Shown here piece after piece: positions 23,880-37,235 of a stretch of 64,000 nt of DNA. The first letter of the stretch is position 1. Each line of letters opens with the position of its first letter. The notes beneath the pieces were generated by a model. That model worked only from the letters and a program-made list of their open reading frames with translations, did no database searches and was not told the origin of the DNA. The translations under genes and the position numbers were made by a program. The stretch is taken from contig MU057728.1 of assembly GCA_013265495.1 (NCBI GenBank), forward strand, positions 35,767 through 99,766, in the 5' to 3' direction. Source of the DNA: Vicugna vicugna (lineage: Eukaryota).

Positions 23880-24660
23880 TGAAACCAGTGCAGAGAGGTT
23901 TAAGACTTACTGCCCACTTGTTCTTTTAGTAGAATTCCCAGTAATACATGTGAAAAGAGTGATGGAAATAGAAAATCACTATTTGGAAAAGAAATCCCAG
24001 TAATAGTTGTTGTAAAGAATCACCATGTCTGCTAAAGTTAGTAAATGAAAGTATGATGAGAAATGGAAGTTTTACATAGGGCCAAAACATCTCTGCACAA
24101 TTTTGAAAGAAAAAATAGTACCTTTACAGTGTGGACACCAGGTAGATGTCCCCTTAACCAAGTGCTCAGAACTAAGAGAAGCAGTAATGGGACATCCAGA
24201 CATCATGTGTGATGGGAGAGGCACTGAGAGGGGGACCATGTTGCTTCCGTGGGATCTCGCTAAAAATAATGACCTGAATTTCATCACGAAGAAATGTCAG
24301 ATGACCCCCAACGGGAGACAGTCTACAAAATAACTGGCCGGTACTCTTCAACAGTACCAAGGTCATTAAGGACAAAGAAACACCAAGGGACTGTCATGGC
24401 CTGGAGAGGGAAAATGAGACAATGCAATGTCAGATTCTTGATCGGATCCATCCTGGACCAGAAAAGGGCATTAGTGGGATCACTGGTGAAGTTTGAATAA
24501 GGTCTTCAGATTAGATTTCAGTTTCCTGGTTTTGATCATTGTGGGTTGGGTGTGTAAGACCTTAACGTTTGGGGAAGCCGGGTAGAGGGGACACAGGAAC
24601 CTTTTGCGCTGTTTTGCAACTTTTTTGTAAGTCTAAAGTTATTTCAAATTGAAAATTAAC
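23880..24660 (+). mobile_element. L1MC-like 3'UTR
   Basis: gtactcttcaacagtaccaaggtcattaaggacaaag...ttttgcaacttttttgtaagtctaaagttatttcaaa. Confidence 0.75.
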
Positions 24661-24699
24661 AAGGAGTTGCCATCCTAGAGAATCATGATTCCCTGTTTG

Positions 24700-24920
24700 A
24701 AAGCCGTTGGTGCAGCAGAAAGAATTCTGGCTTTGGAATCAGACAGGCCCCAGCTGAACACCTGGCTCCATCGCCTGCCATCTACATCTTGGGCCGCACA
24801 GCCTCAGTTCATCACCTGAGAAATGGGATTAATCACTCTGTGTCCTAGGATTGTTGGAGGGTTAAATGAAAGGATATCTACAGAATGCTAAGTACAGGGC
24901 CTGCTTTTATCAAGTGCTCA
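24700..24920 (+). mobile_element. MIR SINE
   Basis: ggctttggaatcagacagg...gcctcagttcatcacctgagaaatggga...gttggagggttaaatga. Confidence 0.75.
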
Positions 24921-26403
24921 GGAAGTACCAGCCCATCCCATCAAGGTTTGGAGTTACTCTCCCACAAGTCCCTCTCTGGCCTTGGAGGGAGAGACTTGTT
25001 CCTCTGGGCTGGGCTGTTTGGACCCGGCAGGGAGCCGTCTGAGCACCCTGGCGGAGCAGCTGAGAAAAGGTGCATCACGGGAGAAGGCGGGGGTTTGACC
25101 GAGGTTGGGCTGGGGAGTGTCTGGCCTGGGGAGCTTTCTCACAGGCTCTCCTTGGCAGGCTGCTTAAAGTTGCACCAACTTCAAACAAAAAGGGTTTTCA
25201 GACACAAAGGAAGGCTCAACCTGGCCGGTGCCAGGCCTGGCTTGGCATTTGAATTCAGAAATCCAAGTCCTCGGAGCTCACAGACAGGCCAGACCATCCT
25301 GGTCACTCTGCCCCTTCTCCAGGAATGCCAAGAACTTTCCGGAGAGCTCTCCTCCTGGGCTGATCCCATCCTTGACCCCGGGTCCAAATTAATTAGAGTT
25401 AAGAGCCAGTTCCCTCCAGGCACTTATTCGGCTGACAGCTGAGACCAGGCCACAGGCCCAAGGTAGCGCTCCCTCCGCTGCCGCCACTGTGGTCTCTCCC
25501 CACTCTGCGGCTCGTGGGAGGGTATGCTGGCGGGGCTTCCCTAACGGGTGATTTTTAAATGACATGAAGCAGGTCGTGTTAGCTTCCCGTCGGGTCAGGT
25601 ACTTTAGGTGGTTTTTCTGGGCCTGTTTTTACATAGGCCCCTCTGTTTTCTGCCACCTGGTTCCCCCACATGACCGGAGGGACACAAGAGGATGAGCCAG
25701 AGTTAAAGGCACAATCGTAGAACATTGGAAGAACTGAGTGCATTTTAAGTGTGTCTTTCCTGTGACCTGGCATTTCTGCCTCTCTGCGTCCCCTCTAGAG
25801 AAACACACAGATGCACGAAAAGATGCTTGCAAGTGTTTGCCTCAGGTTTATCTAGATCTAAATCTATCTATCTATCTCTACTAACTTCATTATTTAATCT
25901 CTCTGTATATCTATTGCATGGATCTATTCTCCATATAATATATCCGCGTTTATGTATCTTTATGTATATATCTGTGTCTATATCTACATACACACAAAAG
26001 GAGAGACAGAGAGAACACAGCCTAAATGTCTGCCAGTAAGGAAATGGCTAAATGAACTGATCTGTTCACACCCTAGAATATAATGCTGCAGGTGAAATCA
26101 TAAATGTGTGTGTGTGCCCAGGGATGGGGCTCCAGGATGCGCAGTATGGTACTGCATCACAGCAAGATCCAGCCTCATCCGTCACTGATGCTCCCCTGAG
26201 CAGAGGTACCACTTCTCTCCTCTCTAGCCCTGTCATAGCTCTGATGCGCTGTAAGCCTCAGTGACTGCTTCTGGAATAACATTGGCTTCAGGAAGTTTGT
26301 GACTTAGCTGAGATTGTTGTTGTTATGTGGACTATTAATTTAACTTATTAAATGCCTGAAGGACCAGGCCCGGATTTGATTCTTTCTCAGTGCTGAACTG
26401 GAC

Positions 26404-26607
26404 AATGCAGTTGGCAAGTAACAGCCTGTGAGCCAAATTCTGCCTATGGCCTGTTTTGTAAATAAACTCCTGTTGGAACACAGCCACGCCAGTTGTTTAT
26501 GGTTATCTGTGGCTGCTTTTGGTACAACAACAGAGCCCCTGTGGCCCGCCAAGCCTCAAACAGTCATTATCTGGCCCTTTCTCAGAAAAAAAGTTTGTTG
26601 ACCCTTA
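26404..26607 (+). mobile_element. MER58A-like hAT-Charlie MITE
   Basis: gttggcaagtaacagcctgtgagccaaat...ttttgtaaataaa...ggaacacagccacgcc...aaaagtttgttgaccct. Confidence 0.85.
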
Positions 26608-28459
26608 TCCTAAACCCTTCTCCCAGACCAGCCCCATGTCTTCCAGGACCTGGGGGATAGTGAAAGGAACTGGCGATGTAACTCAGTGGGATTTGGAAGA
26701 GCTGTTTGTAAAAGTCTGGACTAATGGATGCTTTATTATAAATTAATCATTGCGAACGTCATCGCACCCCCTCGCCTCTCCAGCACACACAGCCCTGCAG
26801 CACCACCCCGTCCGGCATCAGCCTGGGCGGGCAGTGAAATGCACTGCTTCCTAAGTAGTGCCGCCCTCCCCACCACAAGCTGACTTTGACTCTCCCAAGG
26901 ACAGTCCTTTGGCCGTTATCTTGTGTCCTCAGTGCCCTGCAGGATGCTGGCAGGTAGCAGGTACTTAATAAATACCCAATGGATAAATACATCAGTGAAA
27001 AGTACTGAAAAAAAATAGAGTCCTCTTCAGTGTCTTGCCCCTGGGGCAGCCTGTCGAGAGCACATTTGCCAGAAATTAAGGAGATCTGTTCACCTAAGTG
27101 AAATGACCAGCTGTATGAAGGGCAAGGACACGGGGCTCGTGCGCTTCCTGGGTGAATAAAAAGTGTTTCGCTTCCCTTCCCCGGGAGCGGATGAAGGCAG
27201 AAGCAGGCCCGGCCTGCTTTGAAGCTGCGCACCGCCTGCCCCCCAGGTCCAGGACACACGTACCATCGTGTTCTTCACGGCCGCCGTGGCGCTTGTCCCT
27301 GGGAGTGGTGGCCACCTTCTTGCTTTGGCAGGGATCCCGGTCGGGTACCTGACAGACGATTTTTTAGGCCGGGTATAGGAAATGGGTGAGAAAAGGGAAT
27401 CCCATCGGGTGGTAACTAAGGGGCCGAGAGCGACCAGGAGAACCTAACAACTGGGCTAGCGTTTGGAAGGGTTTTTGTCTGATTCCTAGGCTACTTTCAG
27501 CAGCAGGGTGGTTATCTAGAACAGTGTGCCTGAGGGACGTCCCTGACAAGCGGATGTGTCCGCTTTGGGAGCAATCACTTACTCAGGCCTGTGGGAAGCC
27601 TGGAGATGCTGCAGGGTGTGCCCGCCCAGGTTTGTCCAGCCTGCCCGCGGGGAGATGGCTTCTGCTTTCTCTCTGAACTGGATTGGTGGGCGTGGGGGGG
27701 GCGGCGAGAAAAGGATTAAGCCCCACCCTGTTTGTTCTGTAGTGGGGATGTTCGTCTCCCCTCGTGAGGAGGGTCTTTCACTGGAATGAACAAGTTTATC
27801 AAAAGGTGCCCTCGTCAGGCAGAAAGAAAGGGGGAGAGAGAGAGAGAGAAACTCTTCAGGACGAGCGTGCACGCTAAATACCTGAAATGATAGGACGGGC
27901 GGAGTCGGCGAGGGAGGAGGGGGATTCTGCCAAGCGGCAGCGGGCTGGGGAGTGGCAGGGGGCTGGGGAGTGGCGTTTCAGCCCAAGCCGCTGGCCTGGC
28001 CCCGAAGCGGCCGGTCACAGCCCCTCCACCGGGATCAGCCTCCAGCCGGGAAACACAACAAGAGCTTTGGGATGCTAATGACCCTTTAGGAATGCTAAAT
28101 GGAGCATTTCGGCCTCCACAAAGGGGCAAAATGAGGAGAGAAAGAAATTTTAGTTTTGAAGTTTCCTTCGGGGAGGACCAAACAATGGGGGCTTAAATGG
28201 ACAGTGTAAAAGTTTGATCTGGGTTCTGCAAAAGCAGCATCCATCGCACATGTCTTCTTGGCAGCATCTTGGCTGGGTTAAGTGAGTACCAAAGCACCTC
28301 GGCAGAGGCTGGACCCCAGTTTGCTGGGTTGGAGTCAGCCCCCTGCCGGCAAAGGGCAGCCCGTTGGGGCAGAGGACCATCAGGTGGGTGCCGTCTGATC
28401 TGAGGCCCTGGTCCCTACCTCGCTGTGTACATGCCACCAGCCACGCATTCATGCACAGG

Positions 28460-29110
28460 TTCATTCACTTACTCATTTTCTCATCCATTCCTTCATTCGG
28501 CTGAGAGTTAGTTGCAGGACATGCGCCACGTCCAGGCAGTCCTCACTGCTGCAGACACCACCGTGGACAAGCAGGATCTCCGCTCTCATGAAGCAGATGT
28601 TCTGTGGGGGAGGCAGACGGTAAAGAAGTCAGTGTTGGGGGATCATGGCGGGAAATGCGTGGAGGGCGGCGTTAGACAGGGAGCCAGGGAAGGTCTCCCT
28701 GAGCATGCATTTGAGCTGAGACCTGAGTGAAAGAAGGAGGCAGCCTTGCAGAGATGGGAGGTCAGACTATTCCAGGTCAAGAGAACAAGATACAGGAAGG
28801 AACTTGCTACGTGTGAGGAACAGAGAAAAGGCCAGTGGGTAGGAAGCGGGGAAGGTGGGTTGGGGGGGTGGAGAGGCAGTGGAGAGGCAGGCAGGAGGGC
28901 CGCCATCAGGATGGGCTTTGTGGTCAGAAGTGTGAATTTTATTCTGAGGACCAAGGGAAGCTCTTGGTGGGTTTCAGTTAGGCTGTGCATGAATGCGTGG
29001 CTGACCCGTCTGGCTGCTGGTAGAGATGGGGGCAAAGGAGAAACAGGAAAGGGACTTTGACTGGACAATTGATGGCTCTGAACCAGGGGCATCTCAGCTT
29101 GAGGTGAAGA
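28460..29110 (-). mobile_element. LINE-2 3' end
   Basis: ttcattcacttactcatt tail; gagctgagacctgagtgaaagaaggagg; tttattctgaggaccaagggaagc. Confidence 0.75.
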
Positions 29111-31379
29111 GTGTTGGGTGGCGAGTGATGCCTGGGGCCAAGGAAGGGCATTCTCGTGGCTTGGGACACCGTCCAGAGGATGCGTGAGGCCAGCTCGCTG
29201 GGAACCTGCCTGTGGTCATGGAGTTTGAAACGGCCGAGCGTTTAACCCAGCATGCCAAGGCTCTGCTCAGAGTCCAGAAATAGGATTTCTACCCATGAGA
29301 AGCAGCTTCTTGGGGCCAGAGCCTCCAGGGCTTGAACTTGGGGCTCCAGTCATCAAGCTTTGATGGAGAATTCTTTTGCTAAAAGTGAGGAGCAGGATGA
29401 TCCCACCCACGGAGGAGGCCAGCCTTCCTCTCCATCCATCTGTCTGTTCATACCTCAGCTCCTGTTTCTATCAGCCACCCCCTGTCCCCGCGGTGCACCC
29501 GCACTGGCCACTTGGAAGGGGCTTAGGTCACTTTGTGGAGCCCCAAGATGTAACTTGGACATGTTCTCTTCACTGGCCTTTATCAGTTTCAGTGATGGGG
29601 CACCGGAGAGGGAGAAGATGCTCTGCTCTCTGAGATGTGGGAATTCTCGGAACGCCCCTCTTCTCGGCTGGACCACGCTCATGAACTAGCTTAGTCCAAG
29701 TGCCCTGAGACCCTCTCTGAGGTCAGTGATGACACTTAGGCCCTTTGGGTCACTTGTGACATGAGGAAAACATGCTCCAGGCAGGTGAGCTGTGCAGAGG
29801 GTGGACGGGCCACCCAGAGAGCTGGCAGCAGGAAGGCTGTTGTGGGATCTGGGAGGGGGCAGCCTTGCCTGGGTTAGCAGCGGAGGGGATGGGAAAGAAG
29901 ACATGTCGGTCTTTTGAGGAAGAACTGCTCAGATTTGGGGCCAGTCCAGGATCAAGGATGGAGTAACTGGACTCAGAGCACTTCCCTGTGGAGTGAGCTT
30001 GCTGTGTCCACCCACTGGGGGCGAGGCCAAGCCCTTCTGTGACATTATAGGCTTCGGCTTCTTGTCCCTCCTGCTGAGCAAATGTTTTTTAGCCTCAGGA
30101 TTCTTTCTTTATACAAAATCTTGTGGGGAAACCTTGTAAAAGTTGAGCTGCTCTGGTTGAAGGAGGTGTTATGAAGGCGGGGTGGGAGTGCACCGTCCTC
30201 ATTCCTGCCCCGTCAGCCTTGTCATCCCCCAGCTCCCAAAGGACTAAGGGACGCCAGGGGCCCTGGGGGATGCCGTTTGTAAAGACAGGCCTGGGGCCGA
30301 TTTACACAACCATTTATTTTTGACCTCACCGAATTTCCCGTGTAAACAACAGGCGCTTGAGTATGTTGGCTTGAATAATTTTATCACTGAGTCCTCAGTT
30401 TGACGTGGCTGGCTGATTGTACACAGATCCCTGGCGACCCTCGAGTCTGCTTCCTTTTGCTGTCCCAGGGTTATCACAGTCTTGCTTGCTTTTTGCTCCT
30501 CCTTCTGTCTGCTTTCCAGGGGCAGTTGTGTGACCTGCCCGCCTCTCTCTGGGTGCCCCGTTCTCACTCTGCTTAACTAAGCCCCTTCCTTCACCTCCCT
30601 GCCTGTATTGATTTCTTGGGTATTTTCCATTCCATAATGCTTGGCTTGCTGTTCCTTCCTTATTTTTATAGTTCATCTGCTGACTGCAGTTTACAAAACA
30701 TCTCCACAAAGCCATCAAGCAGGCGGGTAGGCGGAGTTGTTGACCAGCAGTGTAGGCTGGGGGCCAGCCTGCCACGATCGGGCTTAAGAGGCCCCGCATA
30801 AGAACATTTTCCAGAAAGTTACACACGGCCCTTTTAAGGGCAATGCTTTCCATTTCATCTTAATCATCTTGAATAACAGTCTTTCTGGAATGCATTTTAT
30901 ACTCATCTGCCTTCTCAAACAGAGCTCTCCAAACATAATCTAGCTTTTTCTTCATGACTCAGGTCATCTGCACGGATGTCATTTATTACTTTATGTTGAA
31001 TGTAGCAGACGAGGTGTGGAGGAGGTGTCCTGGCCCAGATGGCCCCGATGGACAAGTCTGAGGAGTTGGCATTGGATGGCTAAAAAGCCTCACTTTTCCA
31101 ATCCGTAAAATGGGGTAATTATACCTGTCGTACAGGATTTTTGTGGGGATCAGGGCTCCTGTGGGATACTCGACCCATAGTAGCCATTCAAAAAAAAATG
31201 AAAGAATATAATATGATAATAGTTGCTAAGGAGGCTAGATGTTTTCCATTCTGCAAACCATTCTGCTGGTTTTCCACTGTACTGTGTTGGATCTGACTTT
31301 GTGTTTTGAGCCCCAGGTATGAGGAACCTCACCCCCCACCCCCAACTAGTGTCTGTCTTTAAGAAGTTGAGGGAACGTA

Positions 31380-31640
31380 AGCAGGAGGGAGGCTGATGGC
31401 GTAGTGGTTTAAGAGCCCATGCTTTGAAGTCAGACTGCCTGAGTTCTAATCCTGGCTCTGCCGCTTCCTGGCCATGCGGCTTTGAGCAAGTTTCCTAATT
31501 TCCCTGCATCTCAGTTGATTCATCTGAAAAGTGGGGATAGTAATAGTACCTACCCCACAGGGTCACTTTAAGCATGAAATTAGTTAATGCACGTAAAGTT
31601 AGCAAAACGCTTGGCGCATAGTAAGCCCTCCGTGTTATCA
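31380..31640 (+). mobile_element. Near full-length MIR
   Basis: tRNA-like head ggcgtagtggtttaagagc...gagttctaatcctggctctgcc, core, and tail cttggcgcatagtaagccctc. Confidence 0.88.
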
Positions 31641-31789
31641 TTCATTGTAATGCTTACCTACTATGTGGTAATGCCTACCTACTATGTGACAGGCCTGGGT
31701 AGAACATGAAGGAGTCTAAAGTGTTGTTCCTGTCCACACATACCCGTGGGGGGAAACAGAGCAGATCTAGATTAAGAAACTCATGCAGG

Positions 31790-32372
31790 TATCTCAAAAC
31801 AATAAACAGCATTACCTTACAACCCAGCAATTCCACTACTGGGTATGTTCCCCAAAGAATTGAAAGCAGGAAATCAAACAGAATCTTAAAAACCAAAGTT
31901 TATAACATGATTCACATAAGAGCCAGAGAGGAGGAAACAACCCAGATGTCCATTAATGGATAAATGGATGAACAGTGTGGTCTGTGTATACAATGGAAAA
32001 TTATTCAGCCACAAAAAAAGAATGAAGTCTTGACACATGCTACAATGTGGATGAACCACAAAAACATTCTGCTGAGTGAAAGAAACCAGACACAAAAGGT
32101 TACATATTATATGATTACATTTATGTGAAATATCTGTAGAGACAGAAGGCAGATTAGTGGTGGCCAGGGGCTAGAGGGAGGGAGAGAGGGAGGGGAAAAC
32201 AGAAATTGGGTGCTTGCTGGGTGTGGGGTCTCCTTTGGGGATGATGGGCTGTTTTAGAGCTAGACAGAGGTGATGGTGTGCAACATTGTGAATGTACTGA
32301 ATGCCACTGAATTGTGGACTTTAAATGGCTCATTGTATATTCTGTGAATTTCACCTCAATTGAAAAAAAAAA
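31790..32372 (+). mobile_element. L1MB-like 3' end with A tail
   Basis: acccagcaattccactactggg; tacaatggaaaattattcagcc; aatttcacctcaattg followed by an A-run. Confidence 0.88.
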
Positions 32373-32633
32373 AGATTCATGCAGGTGGGAAGACCCCCAA
32401 GAGTAAGTCCAAGCCACCAGAGCCACATACAGCTGAGTGATCGTGTCTCTGAGCACTGAGGGCCTGGGAGGGGAGTGGCAGGGTGGCAGAATGACATTGG
32501 TCAGAGGAAACTGGACATGCTGCAGTCAGAGAGCGTGTGTGTAAACGTCTGTGTGCATACTTATATAAAATACTAGCAGTTATGATTAGGGTAGGATATA
32601 TAAGGAAAAACTCTATTTTAGTACAGAAGATGT

Positions 32634-33054
32634 TGTCAACTGAAAAAAAAAATGCACAACCTAAAAGTTGAGAATTATATTTTATTCAGCATACTGAGGA
32701 CCTAAGTCCGGGAGGCAGCCTCTCAGATAGCTCTGAGGGACTGTTCCAAAGAGGTAAGGAAGGAGCCGGGATATATAGGAGTTTTTGCAAAAAGAAAAGA
32801 AAAAAACCCCCCAAGTACTTGAAATATCAAAAGATACTGCAAATTAAAGAAAAAACAGACATCTCAAGTTAGTGAATGTAGCACTCTTCTGTGTATGGGA
32901 AAATGCATGCGTCTGGGCTCACTGAAATCACTCCTTTGGCATGCAGCTTAACTATCTAGGGCCAGCGTCCTGCTTTCCTCCAGGTCGGCCGCAGTGGCTG
33001 ATGGCCACAACATCCTTTGTTTACTGATACGACAGGCGACGTGCTTCGCCCACA
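32634..33054 (-). mobile_element. Solo ERV1-class LTR (artiodactyl family), antisense to NTN1
   Basis: TG...CA ends; near-identical 4-bp flanks ATGT/CTGT; on the minus strand TATATA (~32772) precedes AATAAA (~32681-32686). Confidence 0.75.
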
Positions 33055-33754
33055 CTGTGTTAACTGCCAGGTGCGTGGTACCAGCAGTGGGCTTTGGGAC
33101 GTGTGCCGCAGACAGTGTAGGATGTCACAGTGCTCTTTGCAGAACACCAGGTTGTTCGCCTGTTCTGTCGTTAGCTAGCCAGCGTCCAAGTGGAATAGTA
33201 AGGAGCAGGCAACAAAGGTTTAGGAGAAAGTATTACGTATTGAAAGCATAAAGTTGAGAAAATTACTTTGCAGCTACTTACTCTGCCCAAGTTGCCTTAA
33301 TTGAGTCATCTCAGGTGGCTTGCCTTGCCCTGGGGAAAGACTGCCAGCTCTGTTGCAGTGGGAGGGCACTCCCAGCCAAGCAGGAGAGCCCCGCGGCTCC
33401 CGGGCTGGTGGAGAAGCCCTGAGAGAAGCCCTGGGGGAGCTCAGTCTGGGTTCCCTTTCCAAGAAAACGGAGGACTTGAGTGGCACTGGGAGAGCGGGAT
33501 GAGGAAGGCGGCAGATCCTAGGCAGGTGAGTACAGTGGATGATGATGGCCCAAAAGAAAGGGTGGAGCTGGCATTCTAGGCAACATCCAGTCAGTGAGAG
33601 AGTCGGGCTAGCACCTAGGCTTGGAGTGGGAGAGCAGCCGGGGATGGAACAGAGAGGCAGCCAGATGGCGTCCAGGGTAAAGAATGCGGAACTTCCATAG
33701 GCAGCTGCTTGTCAAGTGTCAGCAGGCGTCAGGGTTACGAGGGCTGGGGCTCTC

Positions 33755-33845
33755 CCCCAGGGATTCAGTTAGAATTTACATTTCTAACAAGTTCCCAGGT
33801 GATACCAGTGCTGCTTGCCTGGGGCCTGCACTTGGAGAACAGTGA
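33755..33845. mobile_element. MER5A-like fragment
   Basis: gaatttacatttctaacaagttcccaggtgatacc...cacttggagaac. Confidence 0.75.
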
Positions 33846-35439
33846 CAGGCAGTGTGGAACCAGGACCAGTTTTCAGTAGGGGACCAGCCCGGGAACAGAG
33901 CAAATGGTGGTCACTGGCCGTGAGAGCAGTAACTCAGGTGATTTTACTCCTCAATCCATTTCCTTCCCCAGTTGATCTGTAGCCCTGGATGTTCAACCTG
34001 CCAACAGAAAAATCTTTGAGGCTGTCGTTACATTTTGATGACCACACACTTTCTTGGTATGAAGTTTCCCCAACTCCACATTAGGGGTTGTAACCTAACA
34101 AGAAATTTGCTATGCCCCTTCCGGGGCTGGAGAAACAATCTCGAAACATGTTTCTGTGTCTAAAGTCTTGAGATATTCAGGTTGTTTTAGTGAGTTATCA
34201 GGACATTGGGCAGAATATGTAAAGTCAGATCCTTTCTGCAAATTCCAGGCTAAATGATTACTGAGCCAGAATATTCCTTGAGCTTTTTGACTTTTTTTTT
34301 TTGGAGACTCGCATCCAGTATCCTTCTACAGAAATATGGCTTCTCCAGGTGTGCATTTAACACTTGCTTCTTTGCAGCCGCCTCTGAAACTAACGGAAAA
34401 AGCCCTCCTACCCTGGGTTTCAAAAGGTTTTGAAATGCTAATTCATAGCCCTGAAATATTCTGACAGCCTGGAATGCTATTCAGGGCAATCAGGCACCTT
34501 GATTTCTTACAGAAGTATGAAGGGTGAATTGCCGCTACCCAAGACATCACCCTGCTTTTCACTAGAAAGCTCAGAAAAATAGCACATATAATTGTGTTCT
34601 GGCATTACAGTTCATGTGTCATGTGATGAGGATATCTGACACCCAGTGGGACAGTGTCAGCTCGTAGTAGAAATCTAATAGATTTGCCCGGGTTGCCTTT
34701 ATGTTAGAATAAAGGTACAGGGTTGTGCAGACATTTTCAGAATTTGTGACATGCCTATCTCAAATCTGAAAGCACATCTTGAACTTCCCCTTTTTCATTT
34801 CCACTGAGAAATCCTGTTCCAGAGATGAGACTGTCAATACCTTTTTTGTTTTTTGAAGAAGAGTCTGATTTTCATTCATCCTATATAGCCTTTTATGGAT
34901 ATCATTAATGACTCCTATAGCTTTGTGGTATTCTTTGCCACAATAAACAACAAATAGTGTTTCTCCTTGGTCCCAGCTCAAAGGCGAGATTTAGTCCATA
35001 ATCCAAAGGCTCCACGTCTCACTGGGAAGGAGGTTGTTTAGCATGTGTGTTTAGCAGAGGAAGATTCTCTTTTAGCCAATACTGACACAGACCTTGAGGA
35101 AGGAGCCATTGCGATAGCCCAGTCCTTAGGGGAATGAGAAAACTCCATCTGATCACTTTGCCCAGGGTTTTTCAGTATGATCTGTTTCAATCATTAATTG
35201 GATGTCATACAGAGCATCCTAGTTACACGTGCCTTATTTGGCTATTTCTCGTTCAAGATCTAGTGGGTAGTTGTAGTTTTTTGCTGTCCTTGGAGGAGTG
35301 GGAAAGAGGAGCTATATTGTCTTGTAGGGATGTAGAGACCAAGTCAATGGGGAGGAAAATGAGTGTATTGAGCAGATAGTTTGTTACTTTGCTGGTGACA
35401 GTAATTGATAAGGGCTGTTTGCATATAAATCCGCACACG

Positions 35440-36330
35440 CGTTCATCCAGCCAGCCATCCATTTCCTGCCCAGCCGTCTCTCCTGGCTACTCCTCTAACC
35501 CACCTCCACATCTAGGCGCTCTCCCCAGAGTTCTCACTGTGGTGATCTCATCCTTTCTCTTGGCTTTGCATAAAGCCAGGCAAAACCTCTCAGCTTTACC
35601 TCTCTGGCCCTGGCCTCTCCTCTGAGCTCCAAACCCCACCACCCTGTGTGTCTCACCTCCACTTAGCTGTCTAATAGGGACCTCAGATTGCTCAGACTAG
35701 ATGGGAGAGTTATCATTAATTCCTCTTTCTCTCTCATTGCCCCCTGCCCCCTGCCAAATCAAGTCATCGCCGAGCCTGATCAGCACCATCCAAAATACTT
35801 CTGATCAGTCTGTTTCGTGTCATCTCTCAGGCCACCACTAAAGCCTCCTCCTTCTCCTCCTGCCCTGGTCTGATCCATTTCTGCAGCTGCAGCAGGGAAA
35901 ATTCCAACCCTCTGCTTTAAATGAGTGGCTTCCGTCCCAGTGCCGTTCAAACTGCCTCCCTGCTGGTGTGATGCCCGCCGGCCTCTGTAGCGCCTTCCCC
36001 GCAGGCGGCTGCGTGGGCCTCCCTTCTTCAGATGTCCTGAGCGCCGAGCTGCTGTTTTGTCTCTCCCTTTGGCTGCTTTCTTCCTCATCCCTCACATGTC
36101 AGCTCAGACACCTTCCTCAGAGAGGCCTTCGCTGACCACCTGGTCTGAAGTAGTGGCCCCGCACACCCATGTTGTCCCTGTGTCTTGCCTTCACCGTCTG
36201 AAATGATCTCGTTTTCATATCTGTTCATTTGATGCCTCTCTCCTGACAGTGGGCGGAGTCTGCTCTGGGGTCTCTGCCCTCGTCCTGGGACCAGTCCTGG
36301 GTGCAGCAGTGAGCACAGTGAAAATCCGAA
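35440..36330 (+). mobile_element. LINE-2 fragment
   Basis: ctctcctgagctccaaa; ctccacttagctgtctaataggga; ttcctcagagaggccttcgctgaccacc. Confidence 0.7.
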
Positions 36331-36450
36331 CGGCCGCCAGCTGGGCTTCTGCCAGCATGCGGACTGCGCTCTGATGCAGGGGAGGCGCGTGGACATTTAA
36401 ACACTTTACCATTTACTGGCGACTTCCAAGCAGGATAGAAAAGCTTGACT

Positions 36451-36912
36451 CTGTTTTTTCATTTTTAATGTTTTTTATTTTTATTTATTTTTGATTTTTT
36501 CATTTAAAAATTTATGTATTTATTTTACAATCTCATATTTTAAAAAAATTTTAAATATATTTTTATTAAAGTATAGTCAGTTTACAGTGTTGTGTCAATT
36601 TCTGGTGTACAGCACAATGCTTCAGTCATTTAGGAACATACTTATATTCGTTTTCATATTCTTTCTCACCGTAAGTTACTACAAGATATTGAATATAGTT
36701 CCTTGTGCTATACAGCAAAAACTTGTTTATCTACAATATCATAATTTTAAAATCGAAGTATGGTTGATGTACAATATTATATGTTACAGGTATACAGTAT
36801 AGTGAGTCACAAATTCTTAAAGGTTATACTGCATTTATAGTTATTATAAAATATTGGCTATATTCCCCATGCTGCACAATACATCTTTGTAAGCTTGTTT
36901 TATGCTGGGTAG
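36451..36912 (-). mobile_element. Two nested L1 3' ends (younger copy 36542-36731 inside the tail of an older copy)
   Basis: Two distinct L1 3'UTR termini, each with an apparent TSD pair. Confidence 0.85.
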
Positions 36913-37128
36913 TAGGAAAGCTTGATTTAAACACATTATTGCAATAAAACAGAGTTGACTGTCAGTGCAGAAATTCCTTGTTCATTATTTTGCTAGTCCC
37001 AGCTTCTCTGCTAGAATATCCAGGTTTAGCCTGAGATGATGTACATTCATATGTGTCCAGAGAAAGGTAGAAAATACATCCCTCTAAAAATAAATAAACA
37101 TAAAACTAAATGAAATAAGTAAAATTTT

Positions 37129-37235
37129 GGAGTGAAATAGCTCAGTGATGGAGCACATGGCTTAGCGTGCACAAGGTCCTGGGTTCTATCCCCAGTCTCC
37201 ATTAAAAAAATAAATAAAAATAAAAATAAATAAAT
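37129..37235 (+). mobile_element. tRNA-Ala-derived SINE (camelid Vic-1-like)
   Basis: A box tagctcagtgatgg, B box ggttctatccc, (TAAA)n tail, 14-bp direct repeat GAAAATACATCCCT. Confidence 0.85.
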
